Shown here piece after piece: positions 21,115-30,953 of a stretch of 64,000 nucleotides of DNA (position 1 is the first letter of the stretch; every line of letters begins with the position of its first letter). The DNA is taken from the NCBI GenBank assembly GCA_963815195.1, contig CAWFGE010000012.1, positions 384,001 through 448,000 on the forward strand, read 5' to 3'. The notes beneath the pieces are model-generated. The model was not told the origin of the DNA. It made no database searches and saw only the letters and a list, made by a program, of their open reading frames with translations. The stretch comes from an uncultured Planctomycetaceae bacterium. GTDB lineage: Bacteria; Planctomycetota; Planctomycetia; Planctomycetales; Planctomycetaceae. The translations under genes were made by a program, and so were the position numbers.

Positions 21115-22602
21115 ATGACCACGCTTTCGCCCGTCGATTACAGTTTTCAGGACCTCGAAAAAATCAACGAGGATCCGATCGTCGTCACCGTGGCCGGCCA
21201 CGCCAACCACGGGAAGACGTCGATCATCCGCACCTTCACCCGCGACAACAAGTTCGGCGACGTCAGCGACGAGCCCGGCGTGACCAAGGACATCCGCTAC
21301 ACGAACTTCATCCTGCACGGCAAGACCTATCTCAAACTGTACGACACGCCGGGCTTTCAGTATTCGAGCCTCGCCATCGAGACCTGCGGCGAGACCTGCC
21401 AGATCGAAGACATCGAAAAATTCTTCCGCAGCAGCGAGGAATTCAAGCACGACCGCATGGCCCTCGAGCAGGTCCGCAAGAGCCACATCATTTTGTACGT
21501 GGTCGATGTGACCCAGCCGCCGACCGAACGGCTGCGGGATGATTTCCAGGTGCTGTCCAAGTCGATGATTCCCGTCTTGCCTTTGTTCAACTTCACCACG
21601 AACAAGTCGGCCAATCACGAGAAGGATTGGAAAGACGCCCTTCGCCGGTACAACTACCACGACTTCACCCGCTACGATGCCCACCACTTCAACCCCGCGC
21701 ACGAGCAGCAGTTGTATCAGCGAATGGTGGATAAGCTCGATCCGCAGACGCATACGCTCCAGCGGAAGTTTCTGGAATGGCGGATGCGCGACAGCCGTCG
21801 ACAGGAGCAGGAACTCGCCCGCCGCGGCCGAATGGTGATCTCTGAAATGCTGATCGATTGCGCGGCGTACCGCGAGACGGCCACGCACGTCACCAAGGAC
21901 AACCGCAAAGACGTGGAGCAGATCGTGCTCGACACGTTCCGCAAGCGGATCCAGGAGCGGGAGTTCCAAGCGTACGAGCAGCTCCTCGCGATCTATGCCA
22001 TCGACCGGAGCCGCTTGCATAACCAAGGCGACGCCGGGGAAGCGACGCCGATCTGGAACCGCGATCCCTTTGGACCGCAATCCCGGCGGGACTTCGGCGT
22101 CGGCGTGTCGGGCGGCGTGGTGAGCGGGGCGGTCACCGGCGGGACGATCGATGCCCTGGTCGGTGGAGCCTCTTTCATGGCCGGCGCGATGATCGGGGCG
22201 GTCGTCGGCGGCGTGACGGGCTTTTTCGGCGGGGCGCTGTTCAATCGGCAATACGACGCCGAGACGGGCGTGGTCTCGATTCAATCCGAGTCCAACATCT
22301 GGCGGATGCTCGCCGGGCGCGCGGTGGCCTTGTTCAACGACATCCGGCACTGCGGGGCGGCCAGCGAAGCGGAATTTGACGTTTCCACCAAGCCGCCGAC
22401 TTTTTCCAAGCGGCAATGGACGCAGCTCTTGCATATACTGGAAAGCGTCTCGCACGCCCCGCAACTCAGCCGAATCGGAACCGACTCGGCCCAGTTCGCG
22501 GTGGTGCCTGAAAAACTCCGCCGCCTCCGCGAGCAGAAACTCGGAGAACTCGACACCTGGGTGGACGCGGCGAGTGAAGACATCAAAACCGAACAGGCGT
22601 AG
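21115..22602 (+). CDS. GTPase with DUF3482-like C-terminal domain
   Basis: G1 GHANHGKTS, G2 PGVT, G3 DTPG, G4-like LFNF and a glycine-zipper hairpin GVGVSGGVVSGAVTGGTIDALVGG. Confidence 0.8.
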   Translation: MTTLSPVDYSFQDLEKINEDPIVVTVAGHANHGKTSIIRTFTRDNKFGDVSDEPGVTKDIRYTNFILHGKTYLKLYDTPGFQYSSLAIETCGETCQIEDIEKFFRSSEEFKHDRMALEQVRKSHIILYVVDVTQPPTERLRDDFQVLSKSMIPVLPLFNFTTNKSANHEKDWKDALRRYNYHDFTRYDAHHFNPAHEQQLYQRMVDKLDPQTHTLQRKFLEWRMRDSRRQEQELARRGRMVISEMLIDCAAYRETATHVTKDNRKDVEQIVLDTFRKRIQEREFQAYEQLLAIYAIDRSRLHNQGDAGEATPIWNRDPFGPQSRRDFGVGVSGGVVSGAVTGGTIDALVGGASFMAGAMIGAVVGGVTGFFGGALFNRQYDAETGVVSIQSESNIWRMLAGRAVALFNDIRHCGAASEAEFDVSTKPPTFSKRQWTQLLHILESVSHAPQLSRIGTDSAQFAVVPEKLRRLREQKLGELDTWVDAASEDIKTEQA

Positions 22603-22644
22603 GGCTGGCTGTGCCGGCCGTCAATGGCTATTGGAGAAGGAAAA

Positions 22645-23796
22645 ATGATTAACTACTTTTTCGCCGTGCTATGCGCTGTTCCACCGACATTGCCAAGTCC
22701 GACGATAAGACACCTTAATGAAACGCCCACGTTATTGAAGTGCGTTCAGTCGCGCGAACCCCGAAGTGGATCAGCCTTAGAAGCCTTTTTTTCTGAAAAT
22801 CGGTTTGTCACCTTCAAATCCGACGAAATTCAAATTCGTGACCCACCTTCGCTGAAAATCGTGCGCAAACTGAATCTGAAGTCTTTAGGCTGGCAGTTTC
22901 TTGCCGCCCCAGATGAGACTCCCTGGGTGATATTTGCAGCTAACGAAAAATCCGATAAGAAAAAGATCCCTGATGAGATGCTTTACCTGGTCAACACAGA
23001 TTCGGGCGATGTCGTTGTTCGTTTCAGATGTGCGCCACTGCAAGATGGCCGCTTGACAGGCGATCACATTAACTTGGCAGGGGTGTGGAAAAAATGCCTG
23101 TGGGTCGAACTTTCCAAGATTGACGGTAAAGGGCTCGACAAAATAGTCTTTGGTCCAATCGAGAAAGGTGACTTGCACCCTCTTTTTGAAATGGAAGGGT
23201 TTCCGATTCCCGTGGGCTGTCTTTCCAATGGTGAGCTTGGAGTAATGCGAGGTGGTGAGCTTTTCTCTGTGAGCGATAACGGAAAAGTGACGAAGACCGG
23301 CATCGACAACGCCAATGCCGAGCGCCTTACTCTAAGCCACGACGGCCGTCGGTTAATCACCACGAGTACAAAATGGGGAGAGGGAAATACAAAATGGGGA
23401 GAGGGAAAGAATTGGGACGCCAAAGGATTGATCGACATCTATGATATCAAAACCAAGCAGCACATTATCCGCAAACAAATCGACTCATGTGTTTCATCGA
23501 TCCAGTTTGTCAGATTTGGCGGTAAAGAGTATGTCCTTTACACATCGAATCGCTACAAACCAGGCCCTGAATTTGAAGAAAATGGTAACTGTATTTACGA
23601 GGGTCGACTTACCCTGTGGGATTATGCAAATGACCGAGAAATCATGGTAAAGGATTTTCCACACAGTGTGCATCAAGTGCATCTGTCTTCGAATCAGGAG
23701 CATCTTTGCCTCGAAATTGGAGCAGCAGAGGGCACACCCTTGCAAGATACCTGGACGCGTTACCTCATTTGGTCTGTCAAACATGCGAAAAAGTGA
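22645..23796 (+). CDS. Low-GC hypothetical protein, possible beta-propeller
   Basis: GGAGAAGG RBS. WD-like segments (LSHDGRRLI, IDIYDI, LTLWDY, YLIWSV). Sample lines are 42-48% GC. Confidence 0.6.
   Translation: MINYFFAVLCAVPPTLPSPTIRHLNETPTLLKCVQSREPRSGSALEAFFSENRFVTFKSDEIQIRDPPSLKIVRKLNLKSLGWQFLAAPDETPWVIFAANEKSDKKKIPDEMLYLVNTDSGDVVVRFRCAPLQDGRLTGDHINLAGVWKKCLWVELSKIDGKGLDKIVFGPIEKGDLHPLFEMEGFPIPVGCLSNGELGVMRGGELFSVSDNGKVTKTGIDNANAERLTLSHDGRRLITTSTKWGEGNTKWGEGKNWDAKGLIDIYDIKTKQHIIRKQIDSCVSSIQFVRFGGKEYVLYTSNRYKPGPEFEENGNCIYEGRLTLWDYANDREIMVKDFPHSVHQVHLSSNQEHLCLEIGAAEGTPLQDTWTRYLIWSVKHAKK
23367..23408 (+). repeat. In-frame 21-bp tandem duplication
   Basis: TACAAAATGGGGAGAGGGAAA x2 (TKWGEGN-TKWGEGK). 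Confidence 0.9.
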
Positions 23797-23935
23797 GTAG
23801 CGGAGAAGAGGCCGTAGATTATCCTAAACCAAACCAGATCTGGCCGGGTCAGTTCTTCGAAAGCGTTTATCGCGAGATGGATTTCGCTCGTCAATGAAGC
23901 ATTTCCAGATCAATTCACTCCATTCGAGAGACCGT

Positions 23936-25369
23936 ATGTTTCGCTTTCTATCAGTAGGATTCCTCCTCGTCTTTGTGATGGGATCGCCTTGTTTCGCTCA
24001 AAAGGCAGCCCTATCGGATTACATCAACCAGCACGATGACAAATTCTGGCAGGCGGCGCTCAACATTTGGAATTGGGCGGAGCCGGGGTATCAGGAAACC
24101 AAGTCCTCGAAGCTCCTGGCCGACATCTTGGAAGAAGCGGGCATGAAGGTCGAGCGGGGCGTAGCGGAGATTCCCACCGCGTTCACCGCGACTTTTGGCG
24201 AAGGCAAACCGGTCATCGGCATCTTGGGCGAGTACGATGCGCTGCCGGGCTTGTCGCAGACCGCCGTGCCTTACCGGGAACCGAACCCAAAACTCACCTA
24301 CGGGCATGGTTGCGGGCATCATCTGTTTGGCGTGGCGTCCGCGGCGGCGACTTTGGCGATTGTCGATCAGATCAAATCCGGCCAGATCAAAGGCACCGTG
24401 CGGTTTTACGGCTGCCCGGCCGAGGAAGGCGGGAGTGCGAAAGTCTTCATGGTCCAGGCGGGGTTGTTCCAGGATTGCGATGTGGTTTTGCACTGGCATC
24501 CTTCCAGCCAGAACTCGGCGGGGGATCGGTCTTCCCTCGCGCGGATGGCGGTGAAGTTTCGTTTCCACGGCAAAGCCGCCCATGCCGCGGGGGCTCCGGA
24601 ACAGGGCCGCTCCGCGTTGGACGGGGTCGAACTCACAAACCACGCCGCCGAGCTGCTCCGCGAGCACACGCCGGACTTCACGCGGATTCATCACGTCATC
24701 ACCGCCGGCGGCAGCGCTCCGAATGTCGTGCCCGAATTTGCCGAGGTCTATTATTATATCCGCCATCCCAAAGGCAACGTCGTCCGCCCGCTTTACGATC
24801 GGCTCGTGCTGTGCGCCAAGGGGGCCGAACTCGCGACGGAAACCAAACTCGAAATCGACTTTCAAGGCGGCATTCGCGAAATCCTGCCCAACAACGCCTT
24901 GGCCCAGGTCACGATGAAGAACCTCAAGGAGCTAAACGATCTCAAATACACGCCGGAGGAACTCAAGTTCGCGTTGAAGCTCCAAGCCCAGCTTCCCAAG
25001 CCCGAATCTTTGGACGAGATTTCCAAGGTGAAAGATCGAAGCGGAACCGTGGGCAAAGGCTCGACCGACGTGGGCGATGTGTCCTGGGTCGTGCCCACCA
25101 CCGGCTTTACAACCGCTTGCACAGTGCCCGGAACGCCGGGGCATTCCTGGCAAGCGGTGGCCTGCGGCGGAACGACGATCGCCCGGAAAGGCATGAACCT
25201 CGCGGCCCGCGTGATCGCGGCGTCGGCTTGGGACTTGTACAACCGCCCCGACACCATCGCCGCCGCGAAACAAGAACTCGAACGCCGGCTCGGCGAGGAG
25301 AAATACCAATCGCTGATGCTGCCCAATCAAAAACCTCCGCTGGATTACCGCAACCCGCCCAAACGCTGA
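23936..25369 (+). CDS. M20D amidohydrolase (AbgB-like), with signal peptide
   Basis: EYDALPGL, GHGCGHH, GCPAEEG, WHP, HAAGAP..GRSALD, GSTDVGDVSW. Confidence 0.9.
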   Translation: MFRFLSVGFLLVFVMGSPCFAQKAALSDYINQHDDKFWQAALNIWNWAEPGYQETKSSKLLADILEEAGMKVERGVAEIPTAFTATFGEGKPVIGILGEYDALPGLSQTAVPYREPNPKLTYGHGCGHHLFGVASAAATLAIVDQIKSGQIKGTVRFYGCPAEEGGSAKVFMVQAGLFQDCDVVLHWHPSSQNSAGDRSSLARMAVKFRFHGKAAHAAGAPEQGRSALDGVELTNHAAELLREHTPDFTRIHHVITAGGSAPNVVPEFAEVYYYIRHPKGNVVRPLYDRLVLCAKGAELATETKLEIDFQGGIREILPNNALAQVTMKNLKELNDLKYTPEELKFALKLQAQLPKPESLDEISKVKDRSGTVGKGSTDVGDVSWVVPTTGFTTACTVPGTPGHSWQAVACGGTTIARKGMNLAARVIAASAWDLYNRPDTIAAAKQELERRLGEEKYQSLMLPNQKPPLDYRNPPKR

Positions 25370-27514
25370 TGGCCGAATTTCACGCCACCGACGATCCCCT
25401 TCAAACCCCGGTGCAATTCCTGCCGGGAGCGGGACCGGCCCGCGCGAAATTGCTCGAGAAACTCAATATCCGCACGGTGGAAGATCTGTTGTGGTACCTG
25501 CCGCGGGATGTGATCGACATGACCCACGTCAGCCCGGTCAAGAATCTGCAGGCGGGCGAAACGCTCACGGTCCGGGGCGTCGTTGTGGACCGCGAAGCCG
25601 CGGGCATCTCCGGCAACCGCACGATGACCACCGTCCTCCTCGACTGCCAAGGCCAGTTCGTGCGGGGCGTGTGGTACAATCAGCCCTGGATGCTGCAAAA
25701 GTTCCGCGAAGGCAACGTCGTCCTGTTCACGGCCAAGCCCAAGTTCAAAGGCGGTCGCTGGGAGTTCAACAACCCGCGCGTGCAGTGGATTCAGGAGGAA
25801 GATGACAACGCCCACGGCGGCATTGTGGCCCGCTACGGCCTCACCGACGGCCTCAAAATGGACGACATCCGCCGGCTGATGCGAACCGCCGTCGAACAAT
25901 ATGCCCGGCTGCTCCCCGAACATCTGCCGCAAGAATTTCGCCAACAATTAAAGCTTCCCGATCTGCCGACGGCTCTCAGTCTGCTGCATCTTCCGGAAAC
26001 GCGGGACCAATACGAAGCGGGGCGTCGGCGGCTGTTGTTCGACGATCTGTTCGAGTTTCAATTGGGCCTCGCGCTTCGCCGGCGGGCCCGGCGGCAGCAG
26101 CAGCAAGCCCCGGTCCTCGAAACCACGGCCAAGATCGACGCCCGCATTCGGCGGCTGTTTCCGTTCGCCTTTACCGCCGGGCAGAACCGGGCCGTCAATG
26201 AGATCGCCGCGGACCTCGCCAGCGGCAAGGCGATGCACCGCCTGCTCCAAGCCGACGTGGGAGCCGGCAAAACCGCGGTGGCGATGTATGCGATGCTGGT
26301 CGCGATCGCGGCGGGACATCAGGCTGTGCTGATGGCTCCCACGGAAGTCCTCACCATGCAGCACTGGAGCACGATCGAAACCGCCCTCGCCCACAGCCGG
26401 GTCAATCGGCAACTGCTCACCGGCCGCCTGACCGCCGCCCAGCGCCGCCGGGCTCTCGAAGACATCGCCGCCGGCGAGGCACATCTCATCGTCGGCACGC
26501 AAGCGGTCGTTCAAGACGATGTCGAGTTCGCGAAGCTCGGCGTCGCGGTGATTGATGAGCAGCACAAGTTCGGCGTCCGGCAGCGGGCGAAATTCACGTC
26601 CGCCGGCGAACTTTCCCCGCATGTTTTAGTCATGACGGCCACGCCCATTCCGCGGAGCCTGTGCCTCACACAGTTCGGCGATCTGGATATGTCGATTATC
26701 TCCGAACTCCCGCCGGGCCGGCAGCGGATCATCACCAGCCGCGTCACCGGCCCGCACGCCCGCGGCCGGGCTTGGGATTTTTTGCGAAAGCAGCTCCGCG
26801 CGGGCCGGCAAGCCTTCATCATCTGCCCCCGCGTCGCCGCTTCGGACGATGAGAACAACACCGACTCGTCATTGGACGAAAATACTTCTGACGAGACTTC
26901 GACCGAACCGATCGCGAGCGCGGAGGAAGTTTATAAGGAACTCCGCGAAGGCGAACTCCAGGAGTTTTCCGTCGGGCTGGTGCACGGGCAGATGGATCGC
27001 GATCTGAAAGCCTCGGCGATGGAGGCGTTTCGCGACGGGGAAACGCAGGTGCTCGTCGCCACCACGGTCGTCGAAGTCGGCGTGGATGTTCCCAACGCGA
27101 CTTTGATGGTGATTCATCAAGCCGAGCGGTTCGGCCTTTCGCAGACTGCACCAGCTTCGCGGCCGAATCGGGCGGGGCAAGTTTCAAGGCTATTGCTTCT
27201 TGTTCACGGAAACCGCCAACGACGATTCCCAAAAACGCCTCGCCGCGATGGAGCAAACCTCCGACGGCTTCAAGATTGCCGAGGTGGATTTCGATCTTCG
27301 CGGCCCCGGCGACATCCTGGGCACCCGGCAGCACGGCGACTTGCCGTTAAAAGTCGCCGACATCAAACGCGACGCCCACGTACTCTTTGAAGCCCGAAAC
27401 GCCGCGCTCGATGTCATCAACAGCGGCCAATTCGACCAGCCGGAATTCCACACGACAAAACACCGCGTGCTGACGCGTTTTGCCAATGTCCTCGACCTGC
27501 CGCAAACCGGATAA
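25369..27514 (+). CDS. recG: ATP-dependent DNA helicase RecG (frameshift near 27145)
   Basis: TGATG overlap with the upstream gene. LLQADVGAGKT, IDEQHKFG, MTATPIPR, VATTVVEVGVDVPNAT, AERFGLSQ|LHQLRGR, DGFKIAE.D..LRGPG. Confidence 0.95.
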
Positions 27515-27692
27515 GCCACGCGGCGCCATTATAGTCATTCATTGGTCCACGCTTGCTGAGATAGTCGTCTTGCCTGTCGATGTAGACACGGGCCTGCCCG
27601 GTGGGAGCGTGCTCTCTAAGCGGAGGGCTGAGAAACGAAGTGTCTCTCCCTGTTTTACCCCCAGCGCGGCCGGCATGCAAATCCTGGTTTCT

Positions 27693-29240
27693 CTACGTCT
27701 CCAGTCCCAACAATTCGCGGGCTTGGAGGTAGCCGGGGGCGGTGCGGCCGTATTCGCTGGCGGTCACGCGGGCCAAGGCGACCAGATGCCGGCCTCGGAA
27801 GGGCTTGCGGGTCGTTTGGAACTCCTCGCGAACCGTGCGGAAGTATTTTTCGGCGTGCAGCGAGCCGTCTTCACTGGTCGCATAGCGGAGCAGCAGATCG
27901 AACACGGGACCCGGCTGGAAGTTCAACTCGCCGTACCGCAACACCGCGGCCGACGCGGTGAATTGATCGTTGTGCCGGATTGCATCTTCCGCCTGCTCAA
28001 GGAGGGCCTTGCCGTCGGTACTTTGAATTTTTTCCAGATGCTCGGCTTGGGGATAAGGATCGGGGCTCTGTCCGCGGCTTTGCCCGCCGGTGTGGTAGGC
28101 GCCGACAATCAAACTCGCCATTTGATTGCGATGATTGCTCACGCGAACGATGTGCCGCCAGGCGTTGGCCGCGTCCGAGCCGTGCACGCCGGGGGAATCG
28201 CCGTGCACGCTGCCCACGGGCTTGTCGGGCCGGGCGTTGTTTTCGGTCCGGCCGGGATCGTGGAGCACAAGCCGGCAAGCCGCCAGCCCAATGGCTTCGC
28301 CCAGCGTTTCCGGATCGACGCCATCCGCGAGAGCCGCGGCCGCGAGATCGGCGGCTTCGTCCCGCGTGGCCGCATAAATCTGCCGGCTCATGCGGTCCAC
28401 CCACTCATCGTCCATCTTCCGCTTGCCCGCGGGTTGGCTGAGGAGTTTGTATCCGTCCATCAACTTCGGCAGGAGTTGGCGGATTTCGGGTTCCCGCATC
28501 TGCTTTTTGTAGTATTGCTCTTCGTTCGCGCAGAACCGGACCGACTGGCGGAGCAGCGTGATCGCATTGTCCCGGCCGACAAAATCCAACGTCTCCCAAG
28601 ACCGCCACGCGAGCACCACGCGGTGCACGTTGATGTTATCCTGCACCGAATACTGCAAATGGTTGTAGGCTTCGCCCGGCGAATCTTGATACTCCCTTGC
28701 CAAGATGCGTTCGGCCAAGCTCGCATCGGCGGCCCGCGTCGCGTCCCTGAGCGGGTGTCCGGTTTTCTCAAGCGTTTCCGCCGGTTCGATCGGATGCAGC
28801 ACTTCGGACTTGCGGCCGCCTTTTTCCTGGATGCGGTTGGTGTTGCGGCGGATGACCTTTAGCACCGGCAGCGGTGCGAGTTCCTTGGGCAACTCGCGGG
28901 CCATCGCATACGCCGGGGCGAGAGCCATGAAGCTGTGGTAGCCCACATAATCTTCCCCGCCGAACGTGCGGGCATTGGCGAGCGCCGCCGCGGCGGTGAG
29001 CGTTTTCAGATCGCTGCCGGCTTTGAGCCGGGCCACAATCGCCGGGACGATTCGATCGGCCGGCGTCTGCTGCATCTCCTCAACCAGAGGCTCCAGTTTT
29101 CCGAAGGAGAGATTCGCCGGATCCTCGCCGGCGAGAGCCTTCGCCAACCCCATGTCCGCCGCGAGCGCCGTGCCCAGGCTTCCGATCAACATTCCGCGGC
29201 CGACGTCGGCCAAAAACTCTCGGCGATTGTTTGAACGCAT
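27693..29240 (-). CDS. Tat-exported helical hypothetical protein
   Basis: MRSNNRREFL twin-arginine signal, AGGAG RBS, helical repeats each carrying a His. Confidence 0.75.
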   Translation of the reverse strand: MRSNNRREFLADVGRGMLIGSLGTALAADMGLAKALAGEDPANLSFGKLEPLVEEMQQTPADRIVPAIVARLKAGSDLKTLTAAAALANARTFGGEDYVGYHSFMALAPAYAMARELPKELAPLPVLKVIRRNTNRIQEKGGRKSEVLHPIEPAETLEKTGHPLRDATRAADASLAERILAREYQDSPGEAYNHLQYSVQDNINVHRVVLAWRSWETLDFVGRDNAITLLRQSVRFCANEEQYYKKQMREPEIRQLLPKLMDGYKLLSQPAGKRKMDDEWVDRMSRQIYAATRDEAADLAAAALADGVDPETLGEAIGLAACRLVLHDPGRTENNARPDKPVGSVHGDSPGVHGSDAANAWRHIVRVSNHRNQMASLIVGAYHTGGQSRGQSPDPYPQAEHLEKIQSTDGKALLEQAEDAIRHNDQFTASAAVLRYGELNFQPGPVFDLLLRYATSEDGSLHAEKYFRTVREEFQTTRKPFRGRHLVALARVTASEYGRTAPGYLQARELLGLET

Positions 29241-29378
29241 GACTCGACTCCTTGAGGAAAAGGCACCGAGACCGAAGGAACATCGCGGACGCCGCAATGA
29301 ACGGTGTTCGGCCTTCGGGAATATGCAAATCTCTCGTAAGAGAGGTTCCACTTGGTAGAGTCAGCGTCTCGTTGGTTA

Positions 29379-30665
29379 TTATTCCAACTTCTGAGGCGGT
29401 TTGCCATCCCACCAGTTGTTGATCTGGTTTCGCAGCCGCTCCACGACCTCGGGATGGTCCTTCGCCACGTTTTTGGTTTCGTGGGGATCCTGTTTGAGTT
29501 GATAGAGTTCCACCACCGCTCCGGGTTTGTTGGGGAGGATCAATTTCCAATCCCCGGAAATGCCCCAGCGGTAAAGCAGGCTCTCGGCGGGTTCGTCGAT
29601 GTTCGCCACATCGTGGTCGAAGATCTCGCCAAAGATCGCCTGGCGGTCGCAGCGGCCGCCGTGGTCGATCACGTCCAGCAGGTTGATCCCGGTCATTTCC
29701 GGCGTGGGTTTGAGTCCCGCCGCCGCGAGAATCGTGGGAGCCAGATCGATGCTGCTCACCAGCGTGTCGTCGTAGCGTTTGGGCTGGATGCGCTTGGGCC
29801 AGCGGAGCATGATCGGCGTGCGGAGTCCGCCGTCGTATTGGCTGCGCTTGCTCTTGGGGGCGTACTTCGGGGAGTCCTCGCTTTGAATCCAGCCGTTGTC
29901 GGTGACGAACACCACCAGCGTGTTTTCCGCAAGGTTCTTGTCATCCAGATAATCCAGGAGCTGGCCGCAGGTCTCGTCGAACCATTCGCACATGGCCTGA
30001 TATTTCGCCACGTGCAGCGATTTGCCGGGGGCCGTGTATTTGTCGAGGAGGCGTTTGGGCGGCGTGTGCGGCGAGTGGGGCATGAAGGGGGCGTACCAGA
30101 GGAAGAACGGCTTATCGCCGGCTTTCTCGATGAAGTCGAAAATCGGCTGCATGCCCTGCCGGCCGATCTTGAGGCCCAAGTCCCCGTGCCGGCCGCCGCG
30201 CGACGGATCGCCGTGGGTCATCCCGGCGGTGAAACCGCCGTCGGCCACGGGATCGCCTTCCCACCACTTGCCGGACTGATGGCTGACGTAGCCTTTTTTG
30301 GCCAAAAGCCGGGGCAGCGAGGGAATGCGGTGGATGTGCTTGAGCATCTTCCGCCGGTCCGTGCCTTTGGGGGGATCGTTCCCGCTGATCTCATGCTGAT
30401 GCGGATAGAGCCCGCTGACCATCGTCGCCAGGCTCGGCCGGCAGAGGCTGTCGGGCACGTAGCCCCGCGGAAACGTCGCGCTCTCGGCGGCGAGCCGATC
30501 CAAATGCGGCGTCTTGATGACCTCGTGCCCCATGAACCCGAAATCGCCCCAAGCCTGGTCGTCCGAGATAATCATCACCACGTTGGGCGGCTTGCCGTTG
30601 TCCGCCTGGGCAAAGAGGGGTTGGGCCGACAGCAACAACAAAACCGGCAAAACAAAACGCGTCAC
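29379..30665 (-). CDS. Sulfatase family protein (non-canonical CRPSL signature)
   Basis: PNVVMIISDD, LCRPSL, GKWWEG, TDNG, GLRTP, LYQL..DP.E. Confidence 0.88.
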   Translation of the reverse strand: MTRFVLPVLLLLSAQPLFAQADNGKPPNVVMIISDDQAWGDFGFMGHEVIKTPHLDRLAAESATFPRGYVPDSLCRPSLATMVSGLYPHQHEISGNDPPKGTDRRKMLKHIHRIPSLPRLLAKKGYVSHQSGKWWEGDPVADGGFTAGMTHGDPSRGGRHGDLGLKIGRQGMQPIFDFIEKAGDKPFFLWYAPFMPHSPHTPPKRLLDKYTAPGKSLHVAKYQAMCEWFDETCGQLLDYLDDKNLAENTLVVFVTDNGWIQSEDSPKYAPKSKRSQYDGGLRTPIMLRWPKRIQPKRYDDTLVSSIDLAPTILAAAGLKPTPEMTGINLLDVIDHGGRCDRQAIFGEIFDHDVANIDEPAESLLYRWGISGDWKLILPNKPGAVVELYQLKQDPHETKNVAKDHPEVVERLRNQINNWWDGKPPQKLE

Positions 30666-30791
30666 GAGAGTAGCTCCGGGAAAATGTTCAATTCAAAATG
30701 CGATGACTGCACGATACCGCAACTCGCGGGCAAATTTCAACGACGTGGTGATCCGGGATCATCTCGCACCGTTCTGCGCGAGTTCCGATCG

Positions 30792-30935
30792 AAATCCGAA
30801 GCACGAAATCCGAAACCCGAAACAAACTCGAAATCCGAATGTCCCAAACCGATCGTTCGACTCCGAGGTTTTTGGATATTCGAATTTCGGTGAGAGGAAT
30901 TTTTTTTGGATTTCGGGATTCGGATTTCGAATTTC
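30792..30935. repeat. Heptamer-based inverted repeat element
   Basis: AAATCCGAAGCACGAAATCCGAAACCCGAAACAAAC...GGATTTCGGGATTCGGATTTCGAATTT. Confidence 0.8.
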
Positions 30936-30953
30936 CCGGCGGTGGCTCGGCCA

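Noticed and set aside
24067..27390. 1107-aa ORF as an N-terminally extended RecG
   Set aside because: The first ~430 aa are an off-frame shadow of the amidohydrolase. RecG starts at ATG 25369.
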